Origin: Alphaproteobacteria bacterium
GTDB taxonomy: Bacteria; Pseudomonadota; Alphaproteobacteria; UBA6615
Length of the DNA stretch: 64,000 nucleotides
Assembly: GCA_965261975.1 (NCBI GenBank)
Contig: CBDHEC010000051.1
Span: 128,001 to 192,000, forward strand
Direction of reading: 5' to 3'
The notes under the pieces: generated by a model
Told to the model about the DNA's origin: nothing
The model's database searches: none
What the model saw: only the letters and a program-made list of their open reading frames with translations
Position numbers and translations under genes: made by a program
In this document: one piece after another, positions 18,916 through 29,159 of the stretch
Position numbering within the stretch: the stretch's first letter is position 1
Layout of the letters: every line of letters starts with the position of its first letter

Positions 18916-21783
18916 ATGAGTGACCAATCCGCAGGGCTTCCGCCGGACGGTTTTGATATCGCCCCGGTGACCATCGAGGACGAGATGAAGTCCTCGTACC
19001 TCGATTACGCGATGAGCGTGATCGTATCGCGCGCCTTGCCCGATGTGCGCGACGGCCTGAAACCGGTGCACAGGCGCATCCTGTACTCGATGAAAGAGTC
19101 CGGTTTCGAGTACAACCGGCCCTATCGAAAGTCGGCGCGTATCGTCGGCGAGGTCATGGGTAAATATCACCCCCATGGCGACAGCGCGATCTACGACGCC
19201 ATGGTGCGTATGGCGCAGGATTTCTCCATGCGCCTGGAACTGATCGACGGCCAGGGCAATTTCGGCTCTATGGACGGCGATCGGGCCGCGGCCATGCGTT
19301 ACACCGAAGCACGCATGTCGAAGGCCGCACATTCGCTGATCGCGGATATCGACCGGGATACCGTCGATTTCCAGCCGAACTACGATGAAAGCATCAACGA
19401 ACCGGTGGTTCTGCCGGCTCAGTACCCGAATTTGCTTGTCAACGGCGCCGGCGGCATCGCCGTGGGCATGGCGACCAACATTCCGCCCCATAACCTGGGC
19501 GAGGTGATCGACGCCTGCTGCCTGTATATCGACAACCCCGAAACAACCATCGATCAGATGCTCGAGGTGATGCACGGGCCGGATTTCCCGACCGGAGGCA
19601 TCATTCTGGGCACCAGCGGCATCCGTGCGGCCTTCCACACCGGCCGCGGGTCGGTCGTGATCAGGGCCAAGACAGCCTTTGAAGAGGTTCGCGCCGGGCG
19701 CAACGCCATCGTCGTCACCGAGATACCCTATCAGGTGAACAAGTCCCGGATGATCGAGCGCATCGCCGAGGTCGCCCAGGAAAAGATCATCGAGGGCATC
19801 TCCGACCTGCGCGACGAGAGCGATCGGGACGGGGTGCGGGTCGTCATCGAACTGAAGCGCAACGCCGAACCCGAGGTCATCCTCAATCAACTGTTCCGCT
19901 ATACCCAGCTGCAATCCTCGTTCGGCGTGAACATGCTGGCGTTGAACGGCGGCCGGCCGGAGCTCCTCAACGTCAAGGAGATCATTGCCGCGTTCGTGGC
20001 CTTCCGTGAGGAGGTCATCACCCGGCGTACGATCTATGAATTGGCCCGCGCGCGCGATCGCGCGCATACGTTGGTCGGCCTGGCCGTCGCCGTGGCCAAT
20101 CTGGACCCGGTGATCGAGCTGATCCGCGCGGCCAAGGACGCAAACGAAGCCCGCGAGCAGCTCTGCGGCAAGATGTGGCCCGCGAAGGACGTCGGACCGC
20201 TGATCACGTTGATCGACGAACCCGGGCGCGCGGTGGACGAGAAGGGCAACTACCAGCTGTCCGAAGAGCAGGCGAAAGCGATTCTGGAACTTCGCCTGCA
20301 TCGCCTGACCGGGCTCGAGCGCGACAAGATCGCCAACGACCTCGTGGAGCTGGTCGAGCAGATCAAGGAATATCTCTCCATCCTCGACGACCGCGAGAAA
20401 CTCTACGGGATCCTGCGCGACGAACTGCTGGCCATGCGCGAGGAATTCGCCGACCCGCGACGCACCGAGATCATCGAGGGCGAGTTCGAGCAGGATATCG
20501 AAGCACTCATCCAGCGTGAGGACATGGTCGTGACCGTGACCCACAATGGCTACATTCAGCGGGTCCCGCTCTCGACCTATCGGGAGCAGAAACGCGGCGG
20601 CAAGGGCCGGGCAGGCATGAAGGCCCGCGATGAGGACTTCATCAGCTCGGTCTTCGTGCTCAACACCCACACGCCGGTGTTGTTCTTCTCGTCACGTGGC
20701 ATGGTCTACAAGACGAAGGTCTACAACCTGCCCGTCGGCACGCCCCAGGGCCGCGGCAAGGCGCTGGTCAATGTGCTGCCGCTCGAGGAAGACGAGACCA
20801 TCACGACCCTGATGCCGTTGCCGGAAGACGAGTCCGAGGCCGAGAATCTGTTCGTGATGTTCGCGACCGAAAGCGGCAATGTGCGACGCAACCGCCTGTC
20901 GGATTTCGTCCAGGTAAAATCCAACGGCAAGATTGCCATGAAGCTCGACGAGGGCGATCAACTCGTCGGCGTGCAGCCTTGCGAGGATACCGATCACGTT
21001 CTGCTGGCGACCGCCAAGGCCAAGTCGATCCGCTTCGAGGCAACCGACGTACGCGTGTTTGCCGGCCGCAACTCGACGGGCGTTCGCGGTATTCGCCTGG
21101 GCCCGGACGATAACGTGATTTCGATGTCGATCCTGTCTCACGCGGAATTCTCCGTCGATGAGCGCGAGGCCTACCTCAAGCGCAGCCGCGCGGAACGGGC
21201 CGATGGCGACAGTGATGTGACTGCAGACGCACCCGCCGCCGACACAGACGACGGCGAGGCGAACGAGGCGCTCGTGCTTACCGACGAGCGTTACGCGGAG
21301 CTGGCCGCGCAGGAGCAGTTCATCCTCTCGGTGACGGCCAACGGCTTTGGCAAACGGACCTCGGCATACGAATATCGGATCACCAACCGGGGCGGACAGG
21401 GCGTGGTCAACATCACCTTGTCCGACGTCAAGGATAACGCAGTCGTCGCTTCGTTCCCGGTCGAGGAAGAAACGCAGCTCGTCATGGTCACGGACGGGGG
21501 GCAGCTCATCCGCACGGGTGTGGGCGACGTGCGTATCGCCGGTCGCTCCACACGCGGCGTGACATTGTTCCGTGTCGCCGATGATGAACGGGTTGTGACT
21601 GTCGCCCATTTGCGCGACGATGATGAGGAAGACGAGACGGATGAAAATACCGAACAAGATGCCGAAAACGGCACGGCTCGGGAGAGCGAGACGCCAGACG
21701 TAGAGACCGGCGAAGTGTCGGAGAACGACGATGCAGCCGGCAGCGACGAAACGGCGCTCGAGGATGAAAATGGCGAAGACTGA
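18916..21783 (+). CDS. gyrA: DNA gyrase subunit A
   Basis: [29 protein letters not shown], GyrA box QKRGGKG, acidic tail. Confidence 0.98.
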   Translation: MSDQSAGLPPDGFDIAPVTIEDEMKSSYLDYAMSVIVSRALPDVRDGLKPVHRRILYSMKESGFEYNRPYRKSARIVGEVMGKYHPHGDSAIYDAMVRMAQDFSMRLELIDGQGNFGSMDGDRAAAMRYTEARMSKAAHSLIADIDRDTVDFQPNYDESINEPVVLPAQYPNLLVNGAGGIAVGMATNIPPHNLGEVIDACCLYIDNPETTIDQMLEVMHGPDFPTGGIILGTSGIRAAFHTGRGSVVIRAKTAFEEVRAGRNAIVVTEIPYQVNKSRMIERIAEVAQEKIIEGISDLRDESDRDGVRVVIELKRNAEPEVILNQLFRYTQLQSSFGVNMLALNGGRPELLNVKEIIAAFVAFREEVITRRTIYELARARDRAHTLVGLAVAVANLDPVIELIRAAKDANEAREQLCGKMWPAKDVGPLITLIDEPGRAVDEKGNYQLSEEQAKAILELRLHRLTGLERDKIANDLVELVEQIKEYLSILDDREKLYGILRDELLAMREEFADPRRTEIIEGEFEQDIEALIQREDMVVTVTHNGYIQRVPLSTYREQKRGGKGRAGMKARDEDFISSVFVLNTHTPVLFFSSRGMVYKTKVYNLPVGTPQGRGKALVNVLPLEEDETITTLMPLPEDESEAENLFVMFATESGNVRRNRLSDFVQVKSNGKIAMKLDEGDQLVGVQPCEDTDHVLLATAKAKSIRFEATDVRVFAGRNSTGVRGIRLGPDDNVISMSILSHAEFSVDEREAYLKRSRAERADGDSDVTADAPAADTDDGEANEALVLTDERYAELAAQEQFILSVTANGFGKRTSAYEYRITNRGGQGVVNITLSDVKDNAVVASFPVEEETQLVMVTDGGQLIRTGVGDVRIAGRSTRGVTLFRVADDERVVTVAHLRDDDEEDETDENTEQDAENGTARESETPDVETGEVSENDDAAGSDETALEDENGED

Positions 21784-22300
21784 ACGCGTCGGGGTCTACC
21801 CCGGCACCTTTGACCCGACCACGAACGGGCATATGGACATCATCAAGCGGGGCGCACGGGTGCTCGACCGGTTGGTGATCGGCGTTGCCGTGAATGCCGG
21901 GAAGGGACCTCTGTTTTCGCTCGACGAGCGTGTGGAGATGGTGCGCGATGAGGTTGCCTCGATCGACGACCCGAAGATTGGCACAATCGACGTAAAGCCC
22001 TTCGATTCACTTTTGATGCAGTTTGCCGAAGCGGAGAATGCCGACTGCATCCTGCGCGGCCTGCGCGCGGTCTCGGACTTCGACTATGAATTCCAGATGG
22101 CCGGCATGAACGCCCGCCTTAATGCTGACATAGAGATTTTGTTTTTGATGGCCTCGGAACGACACCAGTTCATCGCCTCTCGCCTGGTCAAGGAGATCGC
22201 GGCACTCGGCGGTGATATCTCCAGTTTCGTTTCGCCCACCGTTGCCCGGCGTGTGAATGAACGCTTCGGGCGGCTCGACCTGCAGGCCGTCAACGAGTAA
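21770..22300 (+). CDS. coaD: Pantetheine-phosphate adenylyltransferase
   Basis: [24 protein letters not shown]; overlaps the gyrA stop. Confidence 0.96.
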   Translation: MAKTERVGVYPGTFDPTTNGHMDIIKRGARVLDRLVIGVAVNAGKGPLFSLDERVEMVRDEVASIDDPKIGTIDVKPFDSLLMQFAEAENADCILRGLRAVSDFDYEFQMAGMNARLNADIEILFLMASERHQFIASRLVKEIAALGGDISSFVSPTVARRVNERFGRLDLQAVNE

Positions 22301-22306
22301 ACACCC

Positions 22307-22891
22307 ATGATGAAACGTCGAATCTTTCTGGCCGCGCTGGTTGCAGCGTTCGGCTTTTTCACAACGGACGGGTTTGTGCCCCATGCGGCCCAGGCTCAAA
22401 AAAGTGCACAGGAGCGTGACTTGGAAAATACTCTCTACATCGATCTCGAAGGCGGACGCGTCACGATCGAGCTGTTGCCCGACGTCGCCCCCAATCATGT
22501 TGCGCGCATCAAGGAACTCGCCCGCGCGGGTTTCTATGACGGCATTGTCTTTCACCGCGTGATCGACGGCTTCATGGCCCAGACGGGCGACCCGACCGGC
22601 ACCGGCACGGGTGGTTCCGAGCTCCCCGACCTGGAGGCGGAGTTCTCCGACGTCAATCACGGCCGCGGTGCTGTCTCGATGGCCCGCGCGCAAAACCCGA
22701 ACAGCGCCAACAGCCAGTTTTTCATCGTCTTCGATGACGCCTCGTTCCTCGATGGCCAGTACACCGTCTGGGGACAGGTGACCGACGGCATGGAACATGT
22801 CGACGCGATAAAGCGCGGCGAGGGGTCGAGCGGCGCCGTTCAGGACCCGGACAAGATGATCAAGGTCCAGGTCGCAGCCGACGCGCAGTAA
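22307..22891 (+). CDS. Cyclophilin-type peptidylprolyl isomerase, secreted
   Basis: FYDGIVFHRVIDGFMAQTGDP, SANSQFFI; signal peptide. Confidence 0.95.
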   Translation: MMKRRIFLAALVAAFGFFTTDGFVPHAAQAQKSAQERDLENTLYIDLEGGRVTIELLPDVAPNHVARIKELARAGFYDGIVFHRVIDGFMAQTGDPTGTGTGGSELPDLEAEFSDVNHGRGAVSMARAQNPNSANSQFFIVFDDASFLDGQYTVWGQVTDGMEHVDAIKRGEGSSGAVQDPDKMIKVQVAADAQ

Positions 22892-22929
22892 GGGTCGGCA
22901 AACAAGTCCGAAAACACGCGCGTCGGGCA

Positions 22930-22958
22930 TTGACCCGGCGCGTGTCGGTTTCTAAATA
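22930..22958 (+). promoter_or_regulatory. Putative sigma70 promoter of tRNA-Lys
   Basis: TTGACC-N17-TAAATA about 50 nt upstream of the tRNA. Confidence 0.6.
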
Positions 22959-23008
22959 GACGCATTCCGCACCTCGCTGCCCAATTCCAATGGCCGCGTG
23001 TGCCGTGT

Positions 23009-23084
23009 GGGCACTTAGCTCAGTTGGTAGAGCATTCGACTTTTAATCGAACGGTCGTAGGTTCGAATCCTACAGTGCCCACCA
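23009..23084 (+). tRNA. tRNA-Lys (TTT)
   Basis: GGGCACT/AGTGCCC acceptor stem, TTCGA-CTTTTAA-TCGAA anticodon arm, GTTCGAATC, CCA. Confidence 0.97.
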
Positions 23085-23184
23085 TTTTCCCATGCCAGGT
23101 CTTACTCGGGGCAGGTGCGCCGAACACGAAAATGCGGAAGCATTTTCCGTCGGGTTATGCCCTACTCAGGCTCCAGGGAACCGA

Positions 23185-23802
23185 ATGCCACGCAAAGACA
23201 AAGCAGCCCGATCAAACAAGCTGATCTGTGATTTCACGGGTGGGGCGGTGCGCCATCGGTTTCGGTTTGGCGGTGGCCGTGGCCAGGCCTTGCCCAAGGC
23301 TGTCGGGATGAAGGGCGGCAACACCCCGGCCGTGGTGGATGCCACCGCCGGTCTCGGCCGGGATGCCTTCCTGCTGGCATCGCTGGGCGCGAACGTCACG
23401 CTGATCGAACGATCTCCGGAAATGCACAACCTGTTGGCCGAAGGCATGGAACGTGCTCGAAAGGCGGGCGGTGACGTCGCTGACGTCATCACCCGCATGA
23501 CCTTGCTTCACGGGGACGCACGGGATCTGCTCGCCGGCCTCGCCCCGGAAGTGGTGCTGGTCGACCCTATGCACCCCCCGCGCAGTAAATCCGCACTCGT
23601 GAAGAATGAAATGCGCCTGATCCGCGAGATCGTTGGCACGGACGAGGATTCGGCCGACCTCATGAGTGAAGCCTTGGCCACCGCCAGCAAGCGGGTGGTG
23701 CTGAAGTGGCCGCTGCGGGCCGAGCCGATGGACGGCCTCCGGGCCCCGTCACATCAGATCAAGGGTAAATCCACCCGCTACGACGTGTACATGCTCGGCT
23801 GA
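23185..23802 (+). CDS. rsmJ: 16S rRNA m2G1516 methyltransferase RsmJ family
   Basis: HRFRFGGGRGQ, VVDATAGLGRDAFLLASLG, DPMHP..KSALVKNEM, STRYDVY. Confidence 0.85.
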   Translation: MPRKDKAARSNKLICDFTGGAVRHRFRFGGGRGQALPKAVGMKGGNTPAVVDATAGLGRDAFLLASLGANVTLIERSPEMHNLLAEGMERARKAGGDVADVITRMTLLHGDARDLLAGLAPEVVLVDPMHPPRSKSALVKNEMRLIREIVGTDEDSADLMSEALATASKRVVLKWPLRAEPMDGLRAPSHQIKGKSTRYDVYMLG

Positions 23803-23854
23803 CGGCGTGTTGGGTAACGCCACGCGCAGGGCCAACGGCACAATACGTATCAGG

Positions 23855-25099
23855 TTATGCAAAGGCCGGCCGCAGGTTGCGGGTGCGTAAGATCAGCCCC
23901 ACGATGATGGCGAGATTGGCCAGATTGAACCCGACACCAATGAGAAACGCGAGCTGGTAACTGCCGGTCTGATCGAAAACGTGCCCGCCGAGCCACGAGC
24001 CCAGGGCCATGCCCCCACCGGCACAAAGCAGAACGAGGCCGGTCCGCCGCCCGGCCTCGGCGGCAGGCAGGAGCTCACGCACGATCACCGGATAGCAAGG
24101 CAGAATGCCGCCGTAACCGAGGCCGAACAGCGCAGCGGCCAAGTAGACCGTCGACAGGTTGTCGACAAAGGCGAGGACGAACAGCAACGTCGCCTGGGTC
24201 GCGGAAAACAGAAAAATCGCCCGCAACCCGCCATAGCGTCCACCAAGAAACCCGACTCCGAAGAAGCTTGCCAGCGCTGAACAGCCGAGCATGACCGACA
24301 ACACCTCCGCGCCGCGTGCGGGATCGTATCCGAGGTCACTGACATGGCTGACGATATGGGCGAGGGGCAGCGACATCGCCACGCAGCATCCGATCGATGC
24401 GGTCGAAAGCAGTGCCTGGATCGTGCGCGGTGCCAGCGGTGCGCGCACGGACGCAACATCTCCGCCCCGCGAGGCGTGGTATGGACCAGAGTGTTTCGAA
24501 GCGGGAGGCCGCTGCCGCAAGATCAACGCCAGGGGCAACATCGTGCCGAGTGCGAACAGGCCATAGAGCAAAGCCGTCTGGCGCCAGCCGACGGCGGCGA
24601 TCAGATAGTGGAACACCTGCGGCCACATCAGGCCTGCCAGCCCCTGACCGGACCCGACGACACCCACGGCGAGGCTGCGATTGTGCTCGAACCAGCGCGT
24701 GATGTTTGCCGTCAGCGGCGCGAACAGGCTTGAGCGGCCAAAGAAGCCGAGCATGACCCCGTAGATGAAGAACAGCTCCCACTGGGTTTGGACGAAGCTG
24801 GTCAGGATCGCGCCAAGTCCAACCATCGTGGCCCCGATGAAGGCGGGCAGCATCATCCCGCGGCGGTCGAGCAGCCAGCCCATGAAAATACCGCCGATTC
24901 CCGCGCCGCCATATTGCAGGGCATAGGCAATCGACGGCACAGCGCGCGGCCAGGCAAACTCGGCGCTGATCTGCTTCAGGGCGACGACGATGAAATAAAT
25001 GCTGCCGGTGCCGATCAGCATGAACAGCAGCGACGCAATCAGCACGATGCTCCGTTGCCGAACCGCCGGTTGCCTCAGTGCCCCGAGAATGTCCGTCAT
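23855..25099 (-). CDS. MFS transporter
   Basis: About 12 hydrophobic helices, GWLLDRRG motif A, VGWR. Confidence 0.9.
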   Translation of the reverse strand: MTDILGALRQPAVRQRSIVLIASLLFMLIGTGSIYFIVVALKQISAEFAWPRAVPSIAYALQYGGAGIGGIFMGWLLDRRGMMLPAFIGATMVGLGAILTSFVQTQWELFFIYGVMLGFFGRSSLFAPLTANITRWFEHNRSLAVGVVGSGQGLAGLMWPQVFHYLIAAVGWRQTALLYGLFALGTMLPLALILRQRPPASKHSGPYHASRGGDVASVRAPLAPRTIQALLSTASIGCCVAMSLPLAHIVSHVSDLGYDPARGAEVLSVMLGCSALASFFGVGFLGGRYGGLRAIFLFSATQATLLFVLAFVDNLSTVYLAAALFGLGYGGILPCYPVIVRELLPAAEAGRRTGLVLLCAGGGMALGSWLGGHVFDQTGSYQLAFLIGVGFNLANLAIIVGLILRTRNLRPAFA

Positions 25100-25385
25100 G
25101 ATTCGTCCCCTTCAAAGACGGACAATAGCCGGTCTCTCGCCAGGGCCGGGGAACATTCGACGGGTGCCATGTTGCCTTGATGCCTTGGGCCAGGTGGTGG
25201 AATGGGGATCAGAAACACACGGAGATTTGGTGGATATCAACGAGGGGACCGCATTCAGGCACAGTCCGAAGCCGATCCTTAGCCGGCGCGTATCCGCAAG
25301 ATGAAATGAAACGTATACGCGTTGCAGTTGCCTCGCGGGGCAGTGCGGTTGCGCTTCGACGTACCACCCCGTCGAAGTGCCCTGA

Positions 25386-26393
25386 TCAGGCACTCAGCTC
25401 CTTTTCCCAGGCGACGCGCATCTCGACGAGGCGCGTGGGCGGTGACACGAGCAACGCGCGCGCGACCCTGCGCACCCGGTCCCGTTGATCATCCTCGGTG
25501 ACGTACTCGACAGGCGACTTTCCGTCCACCCGCGCCAGAAACAGCCCCGGCAGGAGGCTCGCCGTCCGAGCTTCCATCTCGTCGGGCGATTCCCAATCCA
25601 CACCGGCCAGGTAGGCGTTCGTCATCGCATCGAAGCAGTCGAGGAAGTCGGGCCTGGCTGCCGGCGTCCAAAGGCACTTCAGCAGATAATGGTTGAGGCA
25701 GAAGGCCAGATCGAATGCCGGGTCGCCGATGCAGGCACATTCCGCATCGAGAAACACCGGTCCATCGGGCCCGACCAGAATATTCTTGGGACTAACGTCG
25801 CCGTGGATCATCGCCAGGCGGGTCACATGGGTCCGATCGCTCAAGGTATGGAGTACGTCGTGCAGATCGGGGTGCGGGCCCGCAGTCGCCTCGAGATAAG
25901 GTTCGAGGCGGATGGCGTGGAAAATGTCGTTCCGCGGGAAGGTTTCCTTTAGCTCCTCGCGCCCGGCAGTACCGGCATGTATCGCCGCGAGGCGGCGGCC
26001 AACTTCCGCGGCGATTTCCGGGTCGGCACGTCCGTCGCGCAGTTCATTCTTGTAGAGCTTGAACTCCGACGGATCGAGAAACTCCATGGCGAACAGCATG
26101 GCGTCTTCGTCATGCGCTAACACTTTCGGCGCAGCTCCCGGGATGATGCCGTCCGCGATCCGATACCAGTCGACCTCGAAGCGGTTGCGCTCTACCGGGA
26201 CCTGCCACTCGACCTCGACGGCGAGCTGGGGCAGGGCGCGTTTCACACAGAAACTGCGGTCGGGTCCCGTCACCTTCCAGATATCCGACGAAATCCCGCC
26301 CGTGAGACGCTCGAAGGCGGCAGAATCGTCGATCAGATTTGCCGCACGCAGCGACGCAACAAGCTCGCCATCCGGTTGCGGGGATTCACTCAC
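25386..26393 (-). CDS. Aminoglycoside phosphotransferase / methylthioribose kinase-like protein
   Basis: GGISSD, CVKRAL, IRLEPY, HGDVSPKNILV, LDAECA..GDPAFD. Confidence 0.85.
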   Translation of the reverse strand: MSESPQPDGELVASLRAANLIDDSAAFERLTGGISSDIWKVTGPDRSFCVKRALPQLAVEVEWQVPVERNRFEVDWYRIADGIIPGAAPKVLAHDEDAMLFAMEFLDPSEFKLYKNELRDGRADPEIAAEVGRRLAAIHAGTAGREELKETFPRNDIFHAIRLEPYLEATAGPHPDLHDVLHTLSDRTHVTRLAMIHGDVSPKNILVGPDGPVFLDAECACIGDPAFDLAFCLNHYLLKCLWTPAARPDFLDCFDAMTNAYLAGVDWESPDEMEARTASLLPGLFLARVDGKSPVEYVTEDDQRDRVRRVARALLVSPPTRLVEMRVAWEKELSA

Positions 26394-27262
26394 GCCTTGC
26401 CCTCATAGACCTCGATGACCCGTGTCGCGTCGTCTTTCGCCCAGCCGGCATCGGCGGCACGCTGGAACATGGCGCGGGCAGCGGGCACGACGGCGAGGTC
26501 AATGCCGTTGTCTTTCGCAAGGTCGATGGCGATGCCCATGTCCTTGACGAAGATCTCGACCGCCCCCCGGGCCGTGAAGTCACGTTCGGTGAGGGGGCCG
26601 ATGGACATGTCCAGCATTTTGCCCTGCACCGACCCCTTCGGCAGACAATGGGCCATCGCTGCGTGAGACAGGCCGGCGCGTTCGCCGGTGATGATAACCT
26701 CGGCCAGCAGCGCCGTGCTCGCATTGACGAACAGGTTGGTCACAACCTTCATCACCGCGCCCGTACCCGACGCACCGGTGTGGGTCGCGTCAGCCGACAG
26801 GCTGGTCAGAATGGGTTCGACACGTGCGAATCCCGCGTCGCTCCCACCGACCATGAAGGTGATCGAACGGTCATCGACCTGCGGCGTGGAGCCGGAAATC
26901 GGCGCGTCGAGCATGTCGATGCCCTGTGCGGCAAGCTTGGCGCACAAATCCTTGCTGTAGGACGGCGGCATGGTGCTCATCTCCACATGGATGAGATCGG
27001 TCTTGCCCGCCTTGTTGATGCCGTCGGGGCCGAACAGGTTTTCCTCGATATGCTCGGGCTTCAACAGAATGGAGAAGGTGATGTCACTGGCATCGGCGAC
27101 TTCACGGGCGTTCGCACAAGGCGTACCGCCTGCGGCAGCCAGCATGTCCATACGCGCGGAGTCGATGTCGTAACCAGACACGTCGTGGCCATCGGCCATC
27201 ATCTCCCGTGCCAGTGCCAGGCCCATCTTCCCCAGCCCGATCATTCCCAGCTTTTCACCCAT
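26390..27262 (-). CDS. NAD(P)-dependent beta-hydroxyacid dehydrogenase (3-hydroxyisobutyrate dehydrogenase family)
   Basis: GLGKMG, DAPISG, MKVVTN, KDMGIA. Confidence 0.9.
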   Translation of the reverse strand: MGEKLGMIGLGKMGLALAREMMADGHDVSGYDIDSARMDMLAAAGGTPCANAREVADASDITFSILLKPEHIEENLFGPDGINKAGKTDLIHVEMSTMPPSYSKDLCAKLAAQGIDMLDAPISGSTPQVDDRSITFMVGGSDAGFARVEPILTSLSADATHTGASGTGAVMKVVTNLFVNASTALLAEVIITGERAGLSHAAMAHCLPKGSVQGKMLDMSIGPLTERDFTARGAVEIFVKDMGIAIDLAKDNGIDLAVVPAARAMFQRAADAGWAKDDATRVIEVYEGKA

Positions 27263-27368
27263 CGTTTGCCTCTCCAAAAATCATCACCTGCGCTCGAACT
27301 CGCGACACAAATATACCGGAGATGCCTCCAACTTTAAGCATTCGGTAGCCTGCAAATTTCTGATTTCC

Positions 27369-27397
27369 TTGACAAATCGCTGATGTGGGCCCACATA
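27369..27397 (+). promoter_or_regulatory. Putative sigma70 promoter of the DEAD-box helicase gene
   Basis: TTGACA-N17-CACATA, about 170 nt upstream of the start. Confidence 0.5.
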
Positions 27398-27567
27398 GCG
27401 CCCATCAGTTGTCTCGCGATTGCGCGAAGCGCCGCACCTAGCCGGCGCATATCTTGAGAATAACAATCAAGAAATAGAGCCGATCCGGCCGCGCCCGGAA
27501 GCGGCAGAACGCCAAGGCGAACCTGCGTCGATCATTCGACCGGGCCTGTGGCGATAAAGGAATTCAA

Positions 27568-28836
27568 GTGAACGATATTAAGTTTACGGATCTCGGCCTG
27601 GCCGATCCGATCCTGCGGGCATTGGCTGACCGCAACCACGATACCCCGACGCCGATCCAGGCCCAGGCCATTCCCCGACTTCTCGAAGACGTCGACCTCC
27701 TGGGCGTCGCGCAGACGGGTACCGGCAAGACCGGCGCCTTCGCGCTGCCGATCCTGCATGTATTGTCGCGCGGCCACGGTGACGGAAAGCGCAGCCATCC
27801 GCGCGCGCTTGTCCTGGCACCGACCCGCGAGCTGGCTATCCAGATTGGTGACGATTTCCATGCCTATGGCAAATATCTGCATCTACGCCACGTCGTGATT
27901 TTCGGTGGTGTCTCGCAGCACGCCCAGGTCACCAAGTTGCGCCGTGGAGTCGACGTGGTCGTCGCCACACCGGGACGTTTGCTCGACCTGATGGAGCAGG
28001 GGCATGTGAACCTCAAGCATGTGGAACATCTCGTCCTCGATGAGGCCGACCGCATGCTCGACATGGGTTTTATCCGCGATGTGCGGAAAATTCTCGCCAA
28101 GCTGCCGGAAGACCGTCAGTCACTGCTGTTCTCGGCCACCATGCCGGCGGAAGTCGTGAAACTGTCTCACGACATGCTCTACGAGCCAGAGCGGATCGAT
28201 ATCGCGCCCAAGACGATCACGGTCGATGCGATCCGCCAGTCCGTGCACTTCGTCAATGCCAAGGAGAAGCAGAGTCTCTTGCGTGAACTCCTGGCCGACA
28301 AGGACATGAAGCGCGTGATTATCTTCACCCGCACCAAGCACCGGGCCAACCGGGTCTCCGACAATCTGGTGAAAGCAGGAATCCAATCTGCCGCCATTCA
28401 CGGCAACAAGTCCCAGGCCGCGCGCCAGAGGGCGCTGGATGCGTTTCGCAAGGGCCAGGTCCGGGTTCTGGTCGCCACTGACATCGCCGCCCGCGGCATC
28501 GATGTGAAGGATGTCACCCATGTGATCAACTTCGAGATGCCGGGTGACGCCGAAAGTTATGTGCACCGAATTGGCCGCACGGCGCGGGCCGGTACCCAAG
28601 GCGTGGCCCTGTCGTTCTGCGACGATACCGAGTACGGTGAACTCAAGGATATTGAGAAGCTGATCGGTCGACCCGTTGAGACCGCCAGCGGCGAACGCCC
28701 GCAGCGTGCTGCGGCGAAAGCACCCAGGGGCGGCCGTCAGGGCAAGTGGGCCGGCAACAAGGGCGGACAGGGTCGTTCGGGAGGTCAGAAAAGACGTTCC
28801 GGTCGCAACCGCCGGCCAACCCGGCGCGCGGCCTGA
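27568..28836 (+). CDS. rhlE: DEAD-box RNA helicase (RhlE-like)
   Basis: PTPIQ, AQTGTGKT, PTRELA, DEAD, SAT, HRIGRTAR; basic C-terminal tail. Confidence 0.9.
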   Translation: MNDIKFTDLGLADPILRALADRNHDTPTPIQAQAIPRLLEDVDLLGVAQTGTGKTGAFALPILHVLSRGHGDGKRSHPRALVLAPTRELAIQIGDDFHAYGKYLHLRHVVIFGGVSQHAQVTKLRRGVDVVVATPGRLLDLMEQGHVNLKHVEHLVLDEADRMLDMGFIRDVRKILAKLPEDRQSLLFSATMPAEVVKLSHDMLYEPERIDIAPKTITVDAIRQSVHFVNAKEKQSLLRELLADKDMKRVIIFTRTKHRANRVSDNLVKAGIQSAAIHGNKSQAARQRALDAFRKGQVRVLVATDIAARGIDVKDVTHVINFEMPGDAESYVHRIGRTARAGTQGVALSFCDDTEYGELKDIEKLIGRPVETASGERPQRAAAKAPRGGRQGKWAGNKGGQGRSGGQKRRSGRNRRPTRRAA

Positions 28837-28884
28837 CCTTGATCGAACCGCACATCGTTCATTCGTTCTGAAGGAGAAATAAGC

Positions 28885-29067
28885 ATGGCACGTAAGACGA
28901 ATTACAGTTTTGAAAAACGCCAACGCGAACTCCAGAAGAAGGAGAAGAAAGCCGCCAAGGCCGAGGCCAAGCGGGCCGCACGGATTAGCCAGGGCGAACT
29001 GACGCCTGATGGCGAGGCGCCCGACGGCGCTCCTGCAGACAGCACTCCGCGCGAGCCGAGCGAATAA
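28885..29067 (+). CDS. Small basic hypothetical protein (60 aa)
   Basis: AAGGAG RBS; MARKTNYSFEKRQRELQKKEKK; terminator follows. Confidence 0.75.
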   Translation: MARKTNYSFEKRQRELQKKEKKAAKAEAKRAARISQGELTPDGEAPDGAPADSTPREPSE

Positions 29068-29088
29068 CACCAACGAAACCGAAATCAG

Positions 29089-29118
29089 AAGGGCGCCCCC
29101 GGTGGGCGCCCTTTTTTT
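29089..29118 (+). terminator. Rho-independent terminator
   Basis: AAGGGCGCCC-loop-GGGCGCCC-T7. Confidence 0.88.
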
Positions 29119-29159
29119 CGATGCCCGGTTTTCCTGCAGCCGGGTTTTGCTGTACCAGC

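Noticed and set aside
19165-19200. Quinolone-resistance substitution in GyrA
   Set aside because: [10 protein letters not shown] carries the wild-type Ser and Asp residues.
18877-20670. 597-aa antisense ORF over gyrA (and similar ones over uvrA, secD, trmFO, mfd, rhlE)
   Set aside because: Shadow ORFs expected from high-GC codon bias opposite conserved genes.
25100-25385. Possible ncRNA or small ORF in the MFS upstream gap
   Set aside because: No recognisable RNA motif, RBS or convincing coding signal.
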